Below the pieces are notes generated by a model. That model saw only the letters and a program-made list of their open reading frames with translations. It was not told the origin of the DNA and did no database searches. Made by a program: the position numbers and the translations under genes. From Chrysomallon squamiferum (Eukaryota; Animalia; Mollusca): a stretch of DNA of 64,000 nt. How positions within the stretch are numbered: position 1 is the stretch's first letter; each line of letters begins with the position of its first letter. Of this stretch, positions 57,532 to 64,000 are shown piece by piece. The stretch spans positions 23,622,001 through 23,686,000 of the forward strand of contig CM022671.1 of NCBI GenBank assembly GCA_012295275.1. The letters run 5' to 3'.

Positions 57532-59555
57532 ATTTATCGAGCTAGATCTGGGAATTATGTGCTAATACATATTGTCCATGGTTCCATTTCAAAACTGTCA
57601 GGACTAACTTCATCTAAAAATTCTGTCTTAGACAAGAATAAGTTCTTACATTTTATTCTTTTTTGTTAACGGTTCTCCGTCCCACGACGGTGTTCAGAAC
57701 ACTTTTACAAACAATATTTCAAAAGTTTTTCTATCTCAAGACCTGGAAGTTTTGGGACCGAGAACCATGAGGTGTCAGTATTAATAAAATACAAATCGAA
57801 AATAATATAATATCAAAATTTTTAATATCAAGTAAAATTAATTAATTAACGTTAAAATTATCCTACCATAGTAACTTCAGTGGAAAAGGCTTTTGTGACT
57901 AATTTTAATTAACTTATGTGTTAAAAACCCACACAAAAATCAAGTTAACTGACTGCTTTGTAAGAACATGAGCACCAAAGGTTAAATACCTCCATGCGAA
58001 CCAAACCTGAACGTGCCAGTACGAGCATCCTCGTTTGACATAAATTAGCAATCTGATTCTGTTGAACTGAAATATGCCGTGGTCTCAGTCGCAGCACACA
58101 TTAGAAAGCTGAGATGACGTCTGCGTGTTCCTAAGAGCAGGAAATTATGTTTTGTGATGAACTGGTCAGATGTTGTCGACCACACGAACAGCCTCAGGCT
58201 CCCCGACTAGTTTTTATTTAGTAAAAAAAAAACGTTATCTACAGAGTTTCAGAGTTTATCACAAAACATGCCGGTGATACCTTACTTTATTTAATACACA
58301 GCTTAGACTGTTTCAAAGTATCATTCTACACACCTTGACAGAGACACTTGTCTCGTACTGCAGTTGTGATATTCATATTGCAGTTTATTTCAGCGTGTTA
58401 ATAAAAACACATTGATAAAACCATTTCTGAACTAGTTAGGTAACCGCGTTACTGAAGTATATTAATTATACGCTGTTCTCTTCGATAGTGTTGCTATTAT
58501 TTCAGTATATTAATAAACTCATTTCTTAATTATTTCAGCGTGTTACATAGACACTGCGAATGTTCCAACAAATTAATTATGATGTGAATTACTAGACTTA
58601 TTTTATATACACATGTTACTTAGTTACTTAGACTGTTTCAGTACATAGTTAATCTCAACGAATCGGTCTCTTCGATTTTATCTTTTATAGGTATTGTGAT
58701 TATTTCAGCGTATTGATAATAACACATTGACAAAACAATTTTGTCATATTTCAACGTCTTACACAGGCATTGCGATTGACTGAGCGAATTAATTAATGTG
58801 CTGAAGAATACTGTACTATCTCCATACGTTCTCCTATTTAATTTGAACTTGTGATTGTTTCAACATGTTAACCGCAATGTGATGTCTTATCTTAACGAAT
58901 AACTTGTTATAAGTTTATTATTATCAGAATATATAATAATAAAAGAAATCCCTGTCATTCACTCGCAAATAAATAAATAAATACAAATAACAATTAAAAA
59001 AAGAGCAAAAAAACCCCCCAAAAAACATACGAAAAACAAACAAGATACAAGCAAATCATTAAATAAAGTTATAAATAGCAACATCAATAACATTTTTTTT
59101 TCTTATTTCTCCCCCTTACTCCCGTTTTTATTATATTTTTGATTGTTTATTTAACGTCAATTTTTGTGGAGTGAATTTTTCATTTTTCATGTTTAAAACT
59201 GGAAAGGTAACAGATAATATCTGAAAGTTTAAAAATTCATAAGGTTCACATTTAGTATTGCTAATTTTGATATGAAGTCCACTTGTATTTAAAAGAAACA
59301 TTAAAACTATGAAAGTAAAAGTGGAATAATTTTTGAAATTGTTTTAACGATTTTTTTATTTATTTTAAATTTTAAAATAAAATAAAATAAAATAAAATAA
59401 AATTAAATAAAATAAAATTAAATTAAAGTGATATATAAATAAATGACGGGAAAATTTATTTTACAAAACATTACAGAAGGGAAGCAATCAGTCTTGTATA
59501 AAGTTAACTTTCAAATACGAGGGTTATCTCCCTCTTAAATTAAATCCTTCTCCTC

Positions 59556-59612
<57 letters not shown>

Positions 59613-60224
59613 ATAATAATAATAATATTTAATAATAATAATAATAATAATATTTAATAAAACAATAATTACAAAATAAAGAAAAAGATGAAACCCTGAA
59701 TAAATATTGTAAATGTACAAATTAAGTAAAATGTGTGTTTGTGTGTGTGTGTATATATATAAAAGAAGTACGCTTTGTATGCTTATAAAAAATAAAATTA
59801 AAATGAAATGAAATCGAGAATAAAGTTTAAAACGATTCTTACAATAAGTCGTCAATGCTTGATTTATTATCACGTGAAGATGATTTTTTTTTTTTTTTTT
59901 TTTTTTTTACACAAACCAAACATTTAAAATTGGTGCGAACGATTCTACGGAACCCTTCGTCCGCAAAAGCCTGTCCGGATTATCCGTTTTTCCGGACCAT
60001 CCGTTTTTACCGGACCAAGACCAAAAGAGGTCACGTATGATAATAATTTCAGACATATGCCTCTCGTATTTATTTCTCAACCACCGTGTACTGCCAGTAA
60101 CATAAATTAAACAAATATTAAATGTAAATTAACTGTTCAAATTAATAATTACATTATTAAGACACGGAAGAAGTTTAGTGGTACAGTGTGCATCAATAAA
60201 ACAAGATTGTTGTTGTTGTTGTTG

Positions 60225-60268
<44 letters not shown>

Positions 60269-60907
60269 TTAAGTTTTGTTTTGTTAGTTTGTTGTTGTTG
60301 TTTTTTTTAAAAAGAAAAGAAAAGAAACAAAGAAAGAAAAAGAAATTAATTAAATAATTTTAAAATGTCAGTTCGAAATTTATCCGGTCTAACAGGAATT
60401 CTCGATCATCACTGTCACGAAAATTGATCGTGTATTAGAACATAATTATGCTTTTCGTTTTTTTTTTTTTAAAGTAATAAACTTTAATTTTATTCATAGT
60501 TTTATTAAATGGCTAATTATTAGACCGATATGTTTTTATAAAGAATGGAATTTCCATGATTTTGCAACATGTGTCTGTTGTTATCTGCAATGGACTAGGA
60601 AAGAAAACAAGATGGTCGTAATCCTTTGCAAACTGAGATGGTACACACAAATGAGTATGTCAGTGAAAACAATGAAACCTATAAACTATGTACGTATATT
60701 AAAGCAGATGTTTTATTGCCACAGCAAAATAACTGATTATAAGAAGGCTGGGGTCCTAAATTACATTACATAACTTTTATATACGTATACGTTCACGTAC
60801 ATACATAAGTACATACACATACATACATACACATAGACGTACATGAAAGTGCAGATATTGATACGCACGTAATTAAGCATATATAAACATGTAGATAGAA
60901 AACATAG

Positions 60908-60945
<38 letters not shown>

Positions 60946-61274
60946 ACACACACACAACATACGTTTAAATACATAGGCGTATAAATATAACACATGATAA
61001 TTATAATATAAAAATGAGGCAGAGAGATAGTGAACACAAGCAGATACAGATAAACAGATAACGGTAAAAGATTAATAACTACATGAGATATATTAAAAGA
61101 AATCTCGAGCATTAAAAACCCCAGATAGTTCATTTAAATCATAACTTTTGTTTGTATTTTCTTTTTTTCATTTCTTTGATTTTTGTTTTTGTTTTGATTT
61201 TAATAATGAATGATGAAAGACATTTGTCACATAATATATTTCTTTTTTCTTTTATTACTATTATTATTCTTACA

Positions 61275-61336
<62 letters not shown>

Positions 61337-61779
61337 CATTATTTATTTCTTGCTTTTTAATCGACATTTTTTTTCGTTATTAACTACTGTGGGTTTTTTT
61401 TTGTTGTTGTTGTTGTTGTTGTTGTTGTTTTTATTTTATTTAACCAAATGACTAATTCGGTAGGATGATTCGGCAAACCGACCAAATAAAGAACGTGCGT
61501 CAGATCAAACCATGTGAGAAATTATAAAAAAAAGTAACTGAATGAAACACCATAACAAATAAAACATTTTATTACTAACATGATAGCTATGTTTTCTCAG
61601 AATTAAGCTACACCTAAGCTTCACCTCTACTTATATTTCAAAAAAAAAAAAAAAAAATGTTCCGGATATAGGTATGACGTATCATAAAAAATAGCGTCCG
61701 TCCGGAATTATAAGGGAGCTTTTGTAAGTAATAATATTAACGATAATGAGGATAGTGTTGATGAGTACTAGTAGTAGTT

Positions 61780-61830
<51 letters not shown>

Positions 61831-63457
61831 CTAGTAGTAAAACAGCAACGAGACTAATATCCACTGAGTAATAAATCTGTGACTAAGATCCGGGAACAAG
61901 GAAAAAAAAACACATGAAATCAAATACATGTATTTGCTTTGTAAAATCTCAGAAGAAAAATTAACAAGAGTGCTTATACTGAATAGCATAAAACACTGAA
62001 AGTTTACTATATTTTTAAAATAAAAACATGTACAACGTACAATAAACACAATAATAATTGATCATCATCAATATCAATTTTAATTAGGTTGTATTTATCT
62101 ATTTTTTAAAATTTATTTATTATTTGTTTTGTTGTTACTATTATATCATAATTACTATTATTATTATTATTATTATTATTATCATCATCATCATCATCAT
62201 ATCATTAGGATCATTATTAACATTTTTGATTAGGTTATTTTATTTATTAATTTTATTAATTTATTATTTGTTTTGTTCTTATAATCATCATCATCATTTT
62301 TAATTAGGTTATTACTTTTTTTAAAAATTTTATTTGCATTTTTATTATCATTGTTGTTGTTGTACTAGCTCTTGTATCTCAATAATAATACCCGTAATCA
62401 TCCTAATAATTATTATCATTATCATTATCATTATCATTTTTAATTACGTTATTTGCTTATTTATATAGTTATTTACTTGCTTACTTAGTTGCTAATTTAT
62501 TTATTTGTTTGTTGTTTTACACAATCATTATTAAGAAAAACATTTTTTTATGTTCGACATCTGATAATAAAATATATCAAGATATGATGACTTTAAAACA
62601 CCTAACAGAACTGTTCCCAGACGAGAGGAGTGTGGCATATTTTAACAAATCCGCAAACGGATAATTTTAGCGGACACATAGAGTCACCTCCCTTTCCTTA
62701 AATCCTGGTTGCGGCAGTACTCGTACCACAGAACTGACACGTCATTCTGTCTTTAAAAAATCTTTACAGATCAAATTACTGATGGTATCTTTTGTATTTC
62801 ATCTCTTATCTTACGGAGAGCAAACTGATAACACTAAGTTCTTGTCATCTGTGAATACCTGTACGTCGAGTACCTGCTGGTGAATCAACCAATCAGAGGC
62901 AAGCATTGCGGGAAACCTGGATCTGATTGGATTAGATTACTGAATGAAAATAATTTTTCCTTGAGAACAGGTTTTTGCTGTTTATTTATTTTTAAAAATA
63001 CTGATTTAAATTTGTTGTGTCTTTTAATATAAATAAATAAAATAAAATGATATAATAAAAAAAAAAAAAAATGACGAAAAGCAACAACAACAACAAAACC
63101 GATAAAAATTAAAAAAAAATTAAAGAAAAATTAAAGAAATAAAGCAAACAAATAAATAAAGAAAGAAAGAAAAGAAAAGAAAAGAAAATTTAAAAAGATA
63201 AAAAAAAAAAAAAAAAAATTAAAAAATAAAGGATAAGGAAACAAATTTATCAAAATGTTCCAGGATAAATATTTCAATTAACTATAAAATTACGAATTTT
63301 CTTATAACTTTAAAAACGAAAAACAAAAAACTCAATAGCTTTTCTATACCGACCACCCACCATTGCCTGTCATGTTTATTCAATTAAACACAATCATGTT
63401 TAAATCGTGTAGGTAAGCCCACATGTCCAGGATATCTTCACGATGTAAAGATCCATC

Positions 63458-63465
63458 TATAAATA
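63458..63465 (+). promoter_or_regulatory. TATA box TATAAATA of the gene starting at 63529
   Basis: Consensus CTATAAATA about 65 nt upstream of an ATG that is followed by a consensus donor. Confidence 0.55.
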
Positions 63466-63528
63466 CAGAAATATCCAACTCTAGGTTTTAAATCTTCTGA
63501 TTTTCTCATAATCCAGGGGGAGGGAAAA

Positions 63529-63561
63529 ATGTACAGAATGACTATTGCACTTCTGATGATG
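63529..63561 (+). CDS. First coding exon (MYRMTIALLMM) of a probable secreted protein continuing beyond the window; possibly a third IL-17
   Basis: AAAATG start context, hydrophobic signal-like peptide, phase-0 donor ATG|GTAAGT, upstream TATA box. Identity is not visible in this window. Confidence 0.5.
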
Positions 63562-63647
63562 GTAAGTAATGTTGCTTTTTTGAAAAATATTTTTTATTTT
63601 ATTTCATTTTATTTTATTTTATTTTATTTTATTTATTTATTTATATT

Positions 63648-63684
<37 letters not shown>

Positions 63685-64000
63685 AATATGAGAAATTTTA
63701 AAAAAATGTTCGGGTATTTAAAAAAAAAACTATTAGAAGTCTGGTTATTGTATATAAAAAAAAAAATGTAATTATTACACTGTTATTAGCATGGTTTTTT
63801 TTGTTGTTTTTTTGTTTGTTTGTTTGTTTTTTTATTGTATTTTGTTTTTGGTTTCCTTTATTCTTTTGTTTTTATTTCATTTTTGAAAGCTTGTATTTTC
63901 TTTGGTGCTTCTTATTAGTAATTCATTAATGTATTTCCCTCCTGACGTCTTTTTATTATTATTATTATTATTCTTGAAATGTATTTTCATCTGCAACTGG

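Overview
AT-rich, microsatellite-dense eukaryotic (animal) genomic DNA with GT-AG spliceosomal introns. The gene content is most consistent with a lophotrochozoan, probably a mollusc (inference). I spliced the exons by hand and checked that frames join. In order: (1) a 4-exon TLC-domain membrane protein (TLCD1/2-like, 269 aa). (2) A cluster of three secreted chitin-binding (CBM14/peritrophin-A) genes: one VWA + 2xCBM14 protein with a degenerate MIDAS site, and two paralogous small 2xCBM14 proteins. (3) A 55-bp minisatellite. (4) Two tandem, single-coding-exon paralogues of a family I do not recognise, sharing four short conserved blocks. (5) Two head-to-head interleukin-17-family genes with a kappaB-like palindrome between them, plus the first exon of a third secreted-protein gene at the window edge. 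Mobile DNA includes two Tigger/pogo non-autonomous elements with TA target duplications and a probable tRNA-derived SINE. Most ORFs in the supplied track are microsatellite or AT-rich artefacts. No CRISPR array, rRNA or true tRNA was found.
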